Counted from the first letter of the stretch, positions 9,548 to 19,201 are shown. The stretch: 64,000 bases of DNA from an uncultured Clostridia bacterium (GCA_944331875.1 CALVJA010000001.1:161836-225835); one strand, 5' to 3'. Notes: generated from the sequence alone by a model not told the origin. Translations and numbers: made by a program.

Positions 9548-10865
9548 CAGACCGAAGACGGTCGGCGCGATATCGCTCGGCTGCGACAAAAACAGGGTGG
9601 ACACCGAAAAGGTGCTCGCGTACCTTAGCGCCGCAGGATACGAGATAGTCGGGAGCATATCCGAAGCCGACTATATAATAATAAACACCTGCGCGTTCAT
9701 AAAATCGGCGACGAAGGAATCGATAGATACCGTGATGGAATGCGCCGCCGCGAAAAAGGAGGGCGCGAAGATATTGGTGCTCGGCTGCTTTACGGAGCGC
9801 TACGCGCGGGAGACCGCGGAGGAGTTTTCCGAAGTCGATGCATTCGTCGGGATGAACCGCTATGCGGAGATCCCGTCGATAATCGAAACCCTCGGAAGCG
9901 GCGAAAGGCTGTATCTCGGCGGCACCCCCGCTTTCTATCCCCCCGAAAGGGTGCAGACCACGCCCGCGCACTACGCGTACCTGAAGATCGCGGAAGGGTG
10001 CAGCAATTTCTGCACATACTGCGCCATCCCTCGGATACGCGGAGTATACCGCTCGGAACCCGAGGACAAGATATTGCAAGAGGCGGGAATGCTCGCGGAC
10101 AACGGCGTAAAAGAGCTCATCGTCGTCGCGCAGGATACGACGCGCTACGGAACGGACAGGGGAGATACGAACATATCTTCGCTTTTGAAAAAACTCGCAA
10201 AGCTGGATTTTAGAAAAATACGTCTGATGTACGCCTACCCCGAGGCGGTGAGCGACAAACTCATCGAAACGATAGCAGAGGAAGAGAAGATAGTCAAGTA
10301 TCTCGACATACCGCTGCAACATATTTCCGCCGGGGTGCTGAAAAGAATGAACAGGAGAACGTCGCCCGAGGCGATATACGCGCTTTTGGAGAAACTCAGG
10401 AAAAACATACCGGACGTCGCCGTGCGCTCTACGTTCATCGTGGGATTCCCGGGCGAAACGGACTCCGATTTCGAGGAATTGAAACGCTTCATCGCGGACG
10501 GAAACATTGATTACGCGGGATTTTTCGCATATTCCAAGGAGGAAGGCACCCCTGCCGCCTCGATGCCCGGGCAGATACCGTACAAGCTGAAAAAGGCGCG
10601 CGAACGCGAGCTTTCCCGCCTGCAGTGCGCCGTGATACAGGCTAATCACGCGAAGTATCTCGGAAAGACCGTGGAAGTCGTTTACGAGGGCGTGAACCGC
10701 GCCGGCACCAGGTTCGTCGGGCGGACCGATTTTCAATCGCCCGGCATAGATACGAAAATTTACTTCATATCCGATTTCCCCGTAGAGGCGGGGGAATACT
10801 ACGACGTAGAGATCACCCGTACGGGTTTCGACCTCGGCGGCAAAGCGCTGAGGCGTAAGGAGTAA
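9540..10865 (+). CDS. rimO: ribosomal protein S12 methylthiotransferase RimO (MiaB-family radical SAM)
   Basis: N-terminal LGCDKNRVD block, radical-SAM CSNFCTYCAIP (CxxxCxxC) and a C-terminal TRAM-like region. The ATG at 9540 overlaps the ftsK stop. The ftsK-rimO-cinA-recA synteny is typical of Firmicutes. Confidence 0.8.
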   Translation: MSDRPKTVGAISLGCDKNRVDTEKVLAYLSAAGYEIVGSISEADYIIINTCAFIKSATKESIDTVMECAAAKKEGAKILVLGCFTERYARETAEEFSEVDAFVGMNRYAEIPSIIETLGSGERLYLGGTPAFYPPERVQTTPAHYAYLKIAEGCSNFCTYCAIPRIRGVYRSEPEDKILQEAGMLADNGVKELIVVAQDTTRYGTDRGDTNISSLLKKLAKLDFRKIRLMYAYPEAVSDKLIETIAEEEKIVKYLDIPLQHISAGVLKRMNRRTSPEAIYALLEKLRKNIPDVAVRSTFIVGFPGETDSDFEELKRFIADGNIDYAGFFAYSKEEGTPAASMPGQIPYKLKKARERELSRLQCAVIQANHAKYLGKTVEVVYEGVNRAGTRFVGRTDFQSPGIDTKIYFISDFPVEAGEYYDVEITRTGFDLGGKALRRKE

Positions 10866-10870
10866 GTAAT

Positions 10871-11548
10871 ATGGACAAATACCTCAGAGTGTGTCTGACG
10901 GAATCGGAAGTCAACGAGCGCATGGCGAAATGGCACCCGCATATCGACGATTATTTCATAGAATCGGACGGCGGCTCCGACCTCGGCATCACGTTCAACG
11001 ACATCACCGGCAAAGACTACGACGAGCTGGACGACACCTTCAGCGACGTGGTCTACGGCGACGGCGAAAGCACTTTGGCGGAAACGCTGTATGAAGCGCT
11101 CAGGCGGCGCAACATGAAACTTGCGGCGGCGGAGAGCCTGACGGGCGGGATGATATCCGCCGCGATAGTCGACGTTCCCGGCGCAAGCGAAGTGTTCTAC
11201 GGCGGGGTAGTCGCTTATACCGAGGCTGCGAAAATGGAAAAACTCGGAGTTCTGGATTCCACTTTAAGCGAATGCGGAGCCGTATCCGGGGAAACCGCGG
11301 TGGAAATGGCAACGGGGCTGATGTCCGATATGGTCTCCGTGGCGGTCAGCGCGACGGGAATTGCGGGCCCCGGCGGCGGCACTCCGTTGAAACCCGTGGG
11401 ACTTACATATATAGCGGTGACCGACGACGAACATACCGAAGTGTACGAGCACCGTTTTTGGGGAGAAAGGGACGAGATACGGCGTCAGGCGAGGGATCAC
11501 GCTTTGTTTTACGTCATCAGGCATTTGGAGGAATACTTCAGACTGTAG
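10871..11548 (+). CDS. CinA C-terminal domain protein (nicotinamide-nucleotide amidohydrolase PncC family) with an extra ~75-aa N-terminal region
   Basis: AAAESLTGGMISAAIVDVPGASEVFYGGVVAY is the CinA/PncC core. AAGGAG RBS. Located directly upstream of recA. Confidence 0.8.
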   Translation: MDKYLRVCLTESEVNERMAKWHPHIDDYFIESDGGSDLGITFNDITGKDYDELDDTFSDVVYGDGESTLAETLYEALRRRNMKLAAAESLTGGMISAAIVDVPGASEVFYGGVVAYTEAAKMEKLGVLDSTLSECGAVSGETAVEMATGLMSDMVSVAVSATGIAGPGGGTPLKPVGLTYIAVTDDEHTEVYEHRFWGERDEIRRQARDHALFYVIRHLEEYFRL

Positions 11549-11597
11549 CCAAAACGCGGTGAAAACCGCTTGAAATAAATAGCTTAAAGGAGTAGTT

Positions 11598-12578
11598 ATG
11601 GACGACACCAGAAAAAAATCATTGGAAGAGGCTTTGGCGCGTATCGAAAAAAGCTACGGCAAGGGCGCCATCATGAACATGGACGGCACCAACAAAGTCA
11701 AAGTCGACGTCATACCGACAGGATGCCTCGCCATCGACCAGGCGCTCGGGATAGGCGGCGTGCCGCGCGGCAGGATAGTCGAGATATACGGACCCGAATC
11801 CAGCGGTAAAACGACGCTCGCGCTGCATATAGCGGCGGAGGCGCAGAAGCTCGGCGGCATCGTCGCGTTCATCGATGCGGAGCACGCTCTGGATCCTGTT
11901 TATGCGGGAAACCTCGGGGTAGACCTCGCGCACCTGTACGTTTCGCAGCCCGACGACGGCGAACAGGCGCTGGCTATAGCGGAAGAGCTCGCGAGAAGCG
12001 GCAGCCTCGACCTTATCGTCGTGGACTCCGTGGCGGCGCTGACTCCGAAAGCGGAGATAGACGGCGAGATGGGAGATTCCGTCGTCGGTATGCAGGCGCG
12101 CCTTATGTCGCAGGCGATGCGCAAACTGAACCCCGCCATCGCGAAAACGAACACCTGCATCATCTTCATCAATCAGCTGCGCGAAAAGATAGGCATAATG
12201 TTCGGCAATCCCGAAACCACCACGGGCGGCAAAGCGCTCAAGTTCTACGCCAGCATCCGCATGGACGTAAGGCGCATAGACGCCGTTAAGGACGCCTCCG
12301 GCGTAGTCGGCAACCGCACCCGCGTGAAGGTCGTCAAAAACAAGCTCGCGCCCCCCTTCAAGCAGGCGGAGTTCGACATACTTTTCGGCACGGGCATTTC
12401 GCGCTACGGCGTCATACTCGACATGGCGGTAGCGGCGGGACTTATTCTGAAATCGGGCGCGTGGTTCAGTTACGAAGGCGAAAAAATAGGTCAGGGCAGA
12501 GAAAAAGCCGTCGATTTCCTGAAGCAGAACGCGGAGCTCGCGGATGCGCTGGAAGCGCGCATTCGGGAGACTTTTTAG
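11598..12578 (+). CDS. recA: recombinase RecA
   Basis: 326 aa. Walker [10 protein letters not shown], and the conserved IDAEHALDP and [10 protein letters not shown] blocks. Confidence 0.97.
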   Translation: MDDTRKKSLEEALARIEKSYGKGAIMNMDGTNKVKVDVIPTGCLAIDQALGIGGVPRGRIVEIYGPESSGKTTLALHIAAEAQKLGGIVAFIDAEHALDPVYAGNLGVDLAHLYVSQPDDGEQALAIAEELARSGSLDLIVVDSVAALTPKAEIDGEMGDSVVGMQARLMSQAMRKLNPAIAKTNTCIIFINQLREKIGIMFGNPETTTGGKALKFYASIRMDVRRIDAVKDASGVVGNRTRVKVVKNKLAPPFKQAEFDILFGTGISRYGVILDMAVAAGLILKSGAWFSYEGEKIGQGREKAVDFLKQNAELADALEARIRETF

Positions 12579-12636
12579 CGAGTAAGGGTACTCGGCGCGG
12601 CGCGTTCCGTATGCTTTTGCGCGGCTAAAAATAGCG

Positions 12637-12665
12637 TTGACAAATCATACTAAAAGATATATAAT
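12637..12665 (+). promoter_or_regulatory. consensus sigma-A promoter for rny
   Basis: TTGACA (12637-12642), exactly 17 nt, TATAAT (12660-12665). It lies 76 nt upstream of the rny ATG, which has an AGGAGG RBS. Confidence 0.7.
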
Positions 12666-12740
12666 AAAACACGGTGAATATTCGGTAGCGAACGACCGCA
12701 TATATACACGCGAAAATTCAAAACTTAATAGGAGGTTAAA

Positions 12741-14336
12741 ATGCTAGGCAGTCAATTACTGATTTCCGCCCTTAGCGACGGACTCATAGTTGTCGTCACG
12801 CTTATACCCGCGCTGATAGTCGGCGGGTTGGCAGGATTTTTCGGATACCGTTTCCTGCTGAAGAAAAAACAAAGCGATGCCGAAACTGAGTACGCCAGAG
12901 TGCTGGAAGAGGCGCGCCTCGAGGCCAAGACCCTCAGAAAGGACGCGCTTTTGGAAGCAAAGGAGGAACAGCTCAGACTGCGAAACGAGTTGGAGAAAGA
13001 ATCCAAAGACAGACGTGCCGAACTACAAAGACAGGAATCGCGTATCAATCAAAAAGAGGACGCGATAAACAAAAAGGAGGACGCTCTCGACAGAAAGCTC
13101 GAGAACGTCGACAGGACCCGCAAGGATCTCGAAAACCGCGAACAGAAGATAAAAGCGGTCGAGGAGGAACTCAAACAGCACAGCGAAAAGATGATGCAGG
13201 AGCTGGAGCGGGTCGGCGAGATGTCCAGAGAGGAGGCGAAGGATCAGATCATCGCCGCCATGCAGGAGGAAGCCAAACGCGACGCGCTGGTCACCATAAA
13301 GGAGATCGAGCGCGAAGCGCGCGAAGAGGGCGAAAGAAAGGCGCAGAACATCGTTGCGCTCGCAATACAGCGCTGCGCCGTCGATCAGGCGTCGGAAGCC
13401 ACCGTCTCCACCGTCGAACTTCCCGGAGAGGAGATGAAGGGAAGGATAATCGGCAGAGTGGGCAGGAACATAAAGGCGCTGGAATCGGCGACCGGGGTAG
13501 ACATCATCATCGACGACACCCCCGACGTCGTGACTCTTTCCAGCTTCGACCCCGTCCGCAGGGAGATAGCGCGGCTCACGCTCCAGAAGCTCATAGCCGA
13601 CGGCAGGATACACCCCGGCAGGATCGAGGAAGTCGCCGACCGCGTCAGGCGCGATATGGACGCTACCATAAAGGAAGCGGGCGAATCCGCCGTGTTCGAC
13701 GCGGGCATATACGGGATACACCCCGAACTTGTCAAACTCCTCGGCAGACTCAAATACCGCACCAGCTACGGTCAGAACGTTCTGAAGCACTCCCTGGAGG
13801 TCAGCTATATAGCGGGGCTTTTGGCGGGAGAGCTCGGAGCGGACGAGAAGCTTTGCAAACGCGCGGGTCTTCTGCATGACATCGGCAAGTCCATCGACCA
13901 CGAGTACGAAGGCACCCACGTGCAGATAGGCGTCGAACTTGCGCGCAAATACAAGGAATCCGAAAAGGTCATCCATTGCATAGCGGCGCACCACGGCGAC
14001 GTCGAAGCGAATTCGGTCGAAGCGGTATTGGTCCAGGCGGCGGACGCCATATCCGGCGCGCGCCCGGGAGCCAGGAGAGAATCTCTCGAATTTTATGTAA
14101 AACGTCTTGAAAAGTTGGAAAGTCTGGCAAACTCGTTCGCAGGAGTAGAGCAGTCGTTCGCCATACAGGCGGGCAGGGAGATCCGAGTGATCGTGAAACC
14201 CGACGAGGTGGACGACGAACATACCGAGTACCTCGCTAGGGATATAGCCAAAAAGCTCGAAAACGAGCTGGAATATCCCGGACAGATAAAAGTAAACGTC
14301 ATACGCGAAGTACGAAAGGTAGAATACGCAAAATAA
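12741..14336 (+). CDS. rny: ribonuclease Y
   Basis: 531 aa: N-terminal TM helix, Lys/Glu-rich coiled coil, KH domain ([15 protein letters not shown]) and HD domain (LLHDIGK). Position after recA is typical. Confidence 0.95.
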   Translation: MLGSQLLISALSDGLIVVVTLIPALIVGGLAGFFGYRFLLKKKQSDAETEYARVLEEARLEAKTLRKDALLEAKEEQLRLRNELEKESKDRRAELQRQESRINQKEDAINKKEDALDRKLENVDRTRKDLENREQKIKAVEEELKQHSEKMMQELERVGEMSREEAKDQIIAAMQEEAKRDALVTIKEIEREAREEGERKAQNIVALAIQRCAVDQASEATVSTVELPGEEMKGRIIGRVGRNIKALESATGVDIIIDDTPDVVTLSSFDPVRREIARLTLQKLIADGRIHPGRIEEVADRVRRDMDATIKEAGESAVFDAGIYGIHPELVKLLGRLKYRTSYGQNVLKHSLEVSYIAGLLAGELGADEKLCKRAGLLHDIGKSIDHEYEGTHVQIGVELARKYKESEKVIHCIAAHHGDVEANSVEAVLVQAADAISGARPGARRESLEFYVKRLEKLESLANSFAGVEQSFAIQAGREIRVIVKPDEVDDEHTEYLARDIAKKLENELEYPGQIKVNVIREVRKVEYAK

Positions 14337-14340
14337 AAAA

Positions 14341-14365
14341 ACGCCCGAAAAGGGCGTTTTTTTTT
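14341..14365 (+). terminator. rho-independent terminator of rny
   Basis: ACGCCC-gaaaa-GGGCG followed by a run of 9 T, immediately after the rny stop. Confidence 0.85.
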
Positions 14366-14482
14366 GCGCCTGTCGACGCCGGGAACGAGAACGTCGCCGC
14401 TAGGGTCGCGTTTCCGATCCCTTATTTGAAATACAAACTTTGATTTTACCAAATATTTACACTTTGAACCGATATTCCGCGC

Positions 14483-14511
14483 TTGATTAAAGAATGTGCC
14501 GGGAGTATAAC
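14483..14511 (+). promoter_or_regulatory. possible promoter for the MATE transporter gene
   Basis: TTGATT (14483-14488), 17 nt, TATAAC (14506-14511). Confidence 0.35.
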
Positions 14512-14573
14512 ATTTCCGGAATAAAAGGAATCAGGACAAAGGAGTCCCGGGGCGGGGGCTTCGGGTAAGGAAA

Positions 14574-16010
14574 ATGAAAAAATATTCGGTGAACGGGAAG
14601 CGCATATTCATGATGTCGCTTCCGATATTTGCGGAACTGTTTTTGCAGCTTTTGGTCGGCAACGTAGACCAGATAATGCTTTCGGGATATTCCGAAACGA
14701 GCGTCGCGGCGATAGGAAACGCCAATACCGTCATAAACCTCGTCATCGTCATTTTGACAATGGCTGCCTCCGGCGGCATGATAGCGCTTACGCACTACAT
14801 CGGCGCGGGCGACGAAAAACGCCAAAAAGCCGCCGTCATATGGACGTTTGTGCTGGGCGGCGCATTCGGCTTGGTCTTTACGGTCGTATCCGTTTCGGCG
14901 GCGGCACCGCTGATGGTCGTGCTGAACGCTCCCGAGGAGATAATAGGCGAAGCGGCGGGATATATCACGGTCGTGGGCGCGGGGCTCATACTTCAGGCTC
15001 TGCAGCTCGCGGGAACGGCGGTTTTAAGGAGCTTTTCGAGGCTCAAAGAAATACTAATCATCGCGGTGGTGATGAATCTTACGAACATACTCGGGAACTG
15101 GCTTTTGATAAACGGTATATGGATTTTCCCCGAGTGGGGCATACTCGGCGCCGCGGTATCCACCGATTTTTCCAAGCTCGTGGGGCTCGTCATAACGCTT
15201 GTCGTTTTGAAAAAGCGTGTGCCGTTCAGGATAGGGTTCGCCGATATCAAGGCGCTCGACCGTTCTACTTTCAAGGACATCATAAAAGTGGCGCTCCCTA
15301 CGGGCGCGGAAACCGCTTCGTACAACCTGTCGCAGATAGTCATATTGAGCTTTATAAATCTGTTCGGGACTTCGGTCATCAATACGAAAGTGTATTGCAG
15401 TATGCTCGCAAACGTCGCCTACCTGTATTCGACGGCGATAGCGCAGTCCACCCAGATAAATATCGGATATCTCGTGGGCGCGGGCGAATACGACACCGTC
15501 TCGCGGCGCGTGAGGCAAACGACACTTATATGTATCGCGGTCTCCGTGTCGGCGACGTTCGTGCTGTGGCTGACGTCGGACTATATCCTCGGTCTTCTGA
15601 CGACGGATCCAGCCGTTTTGGAGCTCTCGAAAACGATACTTCTTATCGAAATAGCGCTTGAGATAGGGCGCTCGGTGAATCTGGTGATGACGCGCTGCCT
15701 CGCGACTGTAGGGGACATCAATTTCCCGGTATCGGTCACGATAGTAATGGAATGGGCGGTCGAGGTCGGGATAGGATACCTGGTCGGCGTATATTTCGGT
15801 TACGGGCTCGTCGGCATATGGGCGGCGATGGCTTTGGACGAGATACTGCGCGGGATATTCTTCGCGGCGCGTTTCGCTAGGAAAAAATGGATGCACCGCG
15901 CGCCCGACAGGGCGATACGCGTAAAACCGCGCGCCGACATAGCCGAGGCGATCAAACACCCGAGGAAACTTTTCGAGGGTCTTTCCAAAGCGTTCATGAC
16001 AGGTCATTGA
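14574..16010 (+). CDS. MATE family efflux transporter
   Basis: 478-aa polytopic membrane protein with about 12 hydrophobic segments. The N-terminal block LPIFAELFLQLLVGNVDQIMLSGYSETSVAAIG is typical of MATE/NorM-like proteins. Confidence 0.85.
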   Translation: MKKYSVNGKRIFMMSLPIFAELFLQLLVGNVDQIMLSGYSETSVAAIGNANTVINLVIVILTMAASGGMIALTHYIGAGDEKRQKAAVIWTFVLGGAFGLVFTVVSVSAAAPLMVVLNAPEEIIGEAAGYITVVGAGLILQALQLAGTAVLRSFSRLKEILIIAVVMNLTNILGNWLLINGIWIFPEWGILGAAVSTDFSKLVGLVITLVVLKKRVPFRIGFADIKALDRSTFKDIIKVALPTGAETASYNLSQIVILSFINLFGTSVINTKVYCSMLANVAYLYSTAIAQSTQINIGYLVGAGEYDTVSRRVRQTTLICIAVSVSATFVLWLTSDYILGLLTTDPAVLELSKTILLIEIALEIGRSVNLVMTRCLATVGDINFPVSVTIVMEWAVEVGIGYLVGVYFGYGLVGIWAAMALDEILRGIFFAARFARKKWMHRAPDRAIRVKPRADIAEAIKHPRKLFEGLSKAFMTGH

Positions 16011-16072
16011 TATCTTCCGGATCCGGATAAATGCGATCGGCGGATATTCGGATATATATAACGCGGCGCCCC

Positions 16073-16102
16073 TTTACAAACGGCGGCGACGCATTATATA
16101 AT
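16073..16102 (+). promoter_or_regulatory. possible promoter for the ABC exporter operon
   Basis: TTTACA (16073-16078), 18 nt, TATAAT (16097-16102). Confidence 0.45.
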
Positions 16103-16133
16103 AACAGTATTAAAGTATATTCACGGAGGATGC

Positions 16134-17063
16134 ATGAAGATACTTGAGATCGAGCATCTCAGCAAAAGCTACGGCAGCGTAAAGGCGGTGGACGATATAT
16201 CTTTTTATATAGATAAGGGAGAGTTTTTCTCTTTTTTGGGCGTGAACGGCGCAGGAAAATCGACTACCATAAACATGATAACCACGGTTCTCCCAAAGGA
16301 CGCCGGTAAAATTTTAATGCTCGGTCGCGACATGGACTTTGACCCCATGTTCGTGCGCTCGAAAATAGGGATAGTCTTTCAAAATTCCGTTTTGGACCCG
16401 AGGCTCAGCGTATACGACAATCTCGCGTCGCGCGCCGCGCTGTACGGGTTGAAGGGCGCGGACAGGAAAAAGAAAATATCGGATATAGCGGATACGCTGG
16501 ATCTCGGAGAATTTCTGAAGCGCCCGTACGGCAAACTTTCGGGCGGACAAAAAAGGCGCACCGACATCGCCCGGGCGCTTGTGAATACTCCGGAGCTTCT
16601 GATACTTGACGAGCCGACGACGGGTCTCGATCCCAAAACACGAAAGACGGTGTGGGATTCGATCGGCGCGATACGCCGCGACACGGGGATGAGCGTTCTG
16701 CTGACTACGCACTACATGGAGGAATCGAACGACGCGGACAGGATAGTCATCATCGACGAGGGACACCTTGCGGCGGAAGGAAGCCCCGTAGAGCTGAAAG
16801 ACAGATACTCCTCCGACTGCGTCAAAATTTACAGGGCGAAAAGCGCCGAAGACGACGTTAAACTCGGCGGAAGCGGATACGCTTTTACATACGAATACAA
16901 CTGCTACCGCGTGACGGTCCCGAGCTCCGCAGATGCAAGGGAGTTTTTGATAAAATTTCCCGAATACTCCCTCGATTTCGAGGTCGTAAAGGGCAATATG
17001 GACGACGTGTTCCTGCGCGTCACAGGGAAAAAACTGCAGGGAGGCGATTATGAAAACGCTTAA
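16134..17063 (+). CDS. ABC transporter ATP-binding protein (ABC-2/DrrA-like exporter subfamily)
   Basis: Walker A GVNGAGKST, signature LSGGQKRR, Walker B LLILDEPT. GGAGGA RBS. Confidence 0.9.
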   Translation: MKILEIEHLSKSYGSVKAVDDISFYIDKGEFFSFLGVNGAGKSTTINMITTVLPKDAGKILMLGRDMDFDPMFVRSKIGIVFQNSVLDPRLSVYDNLASRAALYGLKGADRKKKISDIADTLDLGEFLKRPYGKLSGGQKRRTDIARALVNTPELLILDEPTTGLDPKTRKTVWDSIGAIRRDTGMSVLLTTHYMEESNDADRIVIIDEGHLAAEGSPVELKDRYSSDCVKIYRAKSAEDDVKLGGSGYAFTYEYNCYRVTVPSSADAREFLIKFPEYSLDFEVVKGNMDDVFLRVTGKKLQGGDYENA

Positions 17064-17991
17064 AAACGACTTTTCCGTCGCCGCGGAGCTTGCGGTGAGG
17101 GGCATCAAGATATTCCTTTCCGACAGGATGAGCGTGTTTTTTTCACTGCTCGCCCCGATAATCATCCTGATACTCTATGTGCTTTTCCTGGGGGATGTCC
17201 AGATGGATTCGCTGAAACAGGCGATGCATGGACTTCCCGCAGACGAAAACGTCCTGCAAGCGGTCGTCGATTCGTGGATGATAGCCGGAGTCATGGCGGT
17301 TTCCTGCATAACCGTCACGTTCACTTCTCAAAACCTTTTGGTCAAGGACCGCGAATCGGGAATAATCTCCGATTTTCTGGCTTCCCCCGCAAAACGTTCG
17401 GTCATAGCCGCGTCGTATATATTGTATAACGTTGTCGTGTCGTCGATAATATGCCTTATCGTCCTGGCGATAGCTTTCGTGTATCTCGCGATAACGGGCT
17501 GGTACCTGACGGCGGCGGACGTCTTCGCCGCGATAGGGATGACGATATTGTCCGTTATATCGGTATCCGTCATAGCCACCGCGGCGTGCGTTACGTTCGT
17601 AAAAACGGAGGGCGCGCATTCGGGATTAGTGGGGATATTGAGCGCCGCGATAGGTTTTCTGATAGGCGCGTACATGCCCGTGTCGACGTTCCCTACGGCG
17701 ATACAGTATATCACGCTGTTTATCCCCGGAACGTACTCGGCCGGCGTTTTCAGAAGTATATTCATGGAGGGGGCGATATCCGAAATAGAAGCGCTGTCGC
17801 CGTTCGCCGCGGATTCCGTCCGTGACGCGTACTCCGTCAATATCGACTTTTTCGGCGAAAAAATAGGGACGGACATCATCGCCGTTATTTTTGTTTCGGT
17901 AACCGTACTAATGTTTATAGGATACTTTATAATGCAGTACGTCAAGGTCAAACATAATACTTTTTTTGTGTCGGCTCAGCGAAAATTTTAA
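17050..17991 (+). CDS. ABC-2 type transporter permease
   Basis: 313-aa six-helix-type membrane protein. Overlaps the ATPase gene by 14 nt, the typical DrrA/DrrB-like pairing. Confidence 0.8.
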   Translation: MKTLKNDFSVAAELAVRGIKIFLSDRMSVFFSLLAPIIILILYVLFLGDVQMDSLKQAMHGLPADENVLQAVVDSWMIAGVMAVSCITVTFTSQNLLVKDRESGIISDFLASPAKRSVIAASYILYNVVVSSIICLIVLAIAFVYLAITGWYLTAADVFAAIGMTILSVISVSVIATAACVTFVKTEGAHSGLVGILSAAIGFLIGAYMPVSTFPTAIQYITLFIPGTYSAGVFRSIFMEGAISEIEALSPFAADSVRDAYSVNIDFFGEKIGTDIIAVIFVSVTVLMFIGYFIMQYVKVKHNTFFVSAQRKF

Positions 17992-18077
17992 CGTTTTGCG
18001 GCGTGTCTTTTCCGCCTGAGCTTTGAAAACCCCGCTTGCTAAGACCACAAGATAACATCTAAATCTAATGACCACAA

Positions 18078-18290
18078 CAAAATCCGCGAATAAAAGCATG
18101 GGTGTGTAAGATGTATATTTTGATTGAGCATTCAGCAAAACTTCTAGCGGATTTTATTTCACAAATTGAAACTTTGAGGCAAAGTTTCAATTTATTTCAC
18201 AATACGACCCCGCGGGGTCGTATTATTTCACAATTTTGCTACGCAAAATTATTTCATTCATTTGCGTCCGAATTGTCGGACGCAAATGAT
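18078..18290 (+). repeat. long copy 1 of a modular structured repeat: 5-prime stem domain plus four hairpins separated by TTATTTCACAA linkers
   Basis: AAAATCCGC (18079-18087) pairs with GCGGATTTT (18147-18155) around a 59-nt interior. Linkers TTATTTCACAA at 18154, 18192 and 18223, with variant TTATTTCATTC at 18249. Hairpins at 18165-18191 (12 bp), 18203-18222 (8 bp), 18234-18248 (6 bp) and 18260-18287 (12 bp). Homologous to 35385-35618. Confidence 0.8.
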
Positions 18291-18877
18291 TTTCTTCTTT
18301 TTATAGCGGAAACGATATTTTTAATATTATCGTCGAACTCGGGCATCACCAGCTGTATAGCTATTTCCTCCGCCGCGGCGAGGATACATACAGAGGTGAT
18401 GCAATATATAAGTATATCTTCGGTGCCTTGGGCCGCGCACATCGAATAGAAGAAGGGGATGAGATAGAATAATATCATCCCGATCTTGTTGCCCGCGGTA
18501 TGCAGCATCGCGAATTTTTTGAAGCGTATGCCCGTAACGACCGCGCCCAAAACCCTCATCAGGAAGAACGCTATCACTATGCCGAGCGTGCCGTAGTTAA
18601 GGGGATCCATATTGTAGAACACGACGAACGTGCCCGTCAGGGTCAATAGAACGTCGCCCACGGTGTCCATGGTTGAGCCGAAGCGGCTTTCGACCTTCAG
18701 CGCGCGGGCGATGACGCCGTCGAAAAGGTCGCTGACGCCTGCCAGCGCATATATTACATAGAATGCGGTTTCGTATGCGGGTATAAAAACTATCGCTATC
18801 GCGGCGGCTATGCGGTATACGGTCAGGATATTGGGGACCTGCTTCAGGAGCGCGCCGAAAAGATCTTTTATTTTCAT
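18254..18877 (-). CDS. CDP-alcohol phosphatidyltransferase family protein (PgsA-like)
   Basis: 207-aa membrane protein with the full motif D-x2-DG-x2-AR-x8-G-x3-D-x3-D in DLFDGVIARALKVESRFGSTMDTVGD. The last ~12 codons and the stop lie inside repeat copy 1. Confidence 0.8.
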   Translation of the reverse strand: MKIKDLFGALLKQVPNILTVYRIAAAIAIVFIPAYETAFYVIYALAGVSDLFDGVIARALKVESRFGSTMDTVGDVLLTLTGTFVVFYNMDPLNYGTLGIVIAFFLMRVLGAVVTGIRFKKFAMLHTAGNKIGMILFYLIPFFYSMCAAQGTEDILIYCITSVCILAAAEEIAIQLVMPEFDDNIKNIVSAIKRRKSFASDNSDANE

Positions 18878-19006
18878 GAAGCCATATTATCACATAAACG
18901 CCGCCGTGTCAAACCGAAGAGCGGGTATCGGCCATGTAACAAAGCGCCTCCGATATTCATAAAGTGTAATGAAAAGGGTACTACCCTAAAAAAAGGAGGT
19001 AACAAC

Positions 19007-19201
19007 GTGAACGGTTTCAACTTCGGTGGAGGCAGCTGCGATTGCATTTGTTGGATTATCATAATCCTCCTGCTGTGCGGCTGCTGCGGTAACGGCGGCG
19101 GTTGCGGCTGCTGTGAAATCATTATCATAATCCTCTTGCTGTGCTGCTGCGGTTGCGGTTGCAACTCCGGCTGCGCGAGGAACGATTACGACTGCAAATA
19201 A
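19007..19201 (+). CDS. Cys/Gly-rich tiny membrane peptide, probably YjcZ-like sporulation protein family (tentative)
   Basis: 64 aa: MNGFNFGGGSCDCICWIIIILLLCGCCGNGGGCGCCEIIIIILLLCCCGCGCNSGCARNDYDCK. GTG start 7 nt after a perfect AGGAGG (18994-18999). Two Ile/Leu hydrophobic cores flanked by Cys/Gly runs form an internal duplication. Followed by a terminator. Confidence 0.6.
   Translation: MNGFNFGGGSCDCICWIIIILLLCGCCGNGGGCGCCEIIIIILLLCCCGCGCNSGCARNDYDCK

Noticed and set aside
18154-18290. CRISPR-like reading of the alternating conserved/variable array (also 35461-35618)
   Set aside because: The conserved unit is only 11 nt. The variable units are short perfect palindromes rather than spacers. 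There are only 4-5 units. The two arrays are homologous to each other position by position. No cas genes are present in the window.
18102-18449. 115-aa ORF and the similar 79-aa ORF at 35409-35648 sharing M.KMY.LIE.S.KLLADFISQIETL
   Set aside because: The shared peptide is only the translation of the conserved DNA repeat. There is no RBS. The two copies lose frame relative to each other after the first hairpin loop because of indels. The downstream sequence is the hairpin array, and for copy 1 it is the antisense of the pgsA-like gene.
19007-19201. Cys-rich peptide as a RiPP/bacteriocin precursor served by the nearby ABC and MATE exporters
   Set aside because: No modification enzyme, leader-peptidase or immunity gene is adjacent. 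The exporters are separated from it by an opposite-strand gene and the repeat element. The alternating hydrophobic-core and Cys/Gly pattern fits tiny-TM YjcZ-like peptides better than a leader-core precursor.
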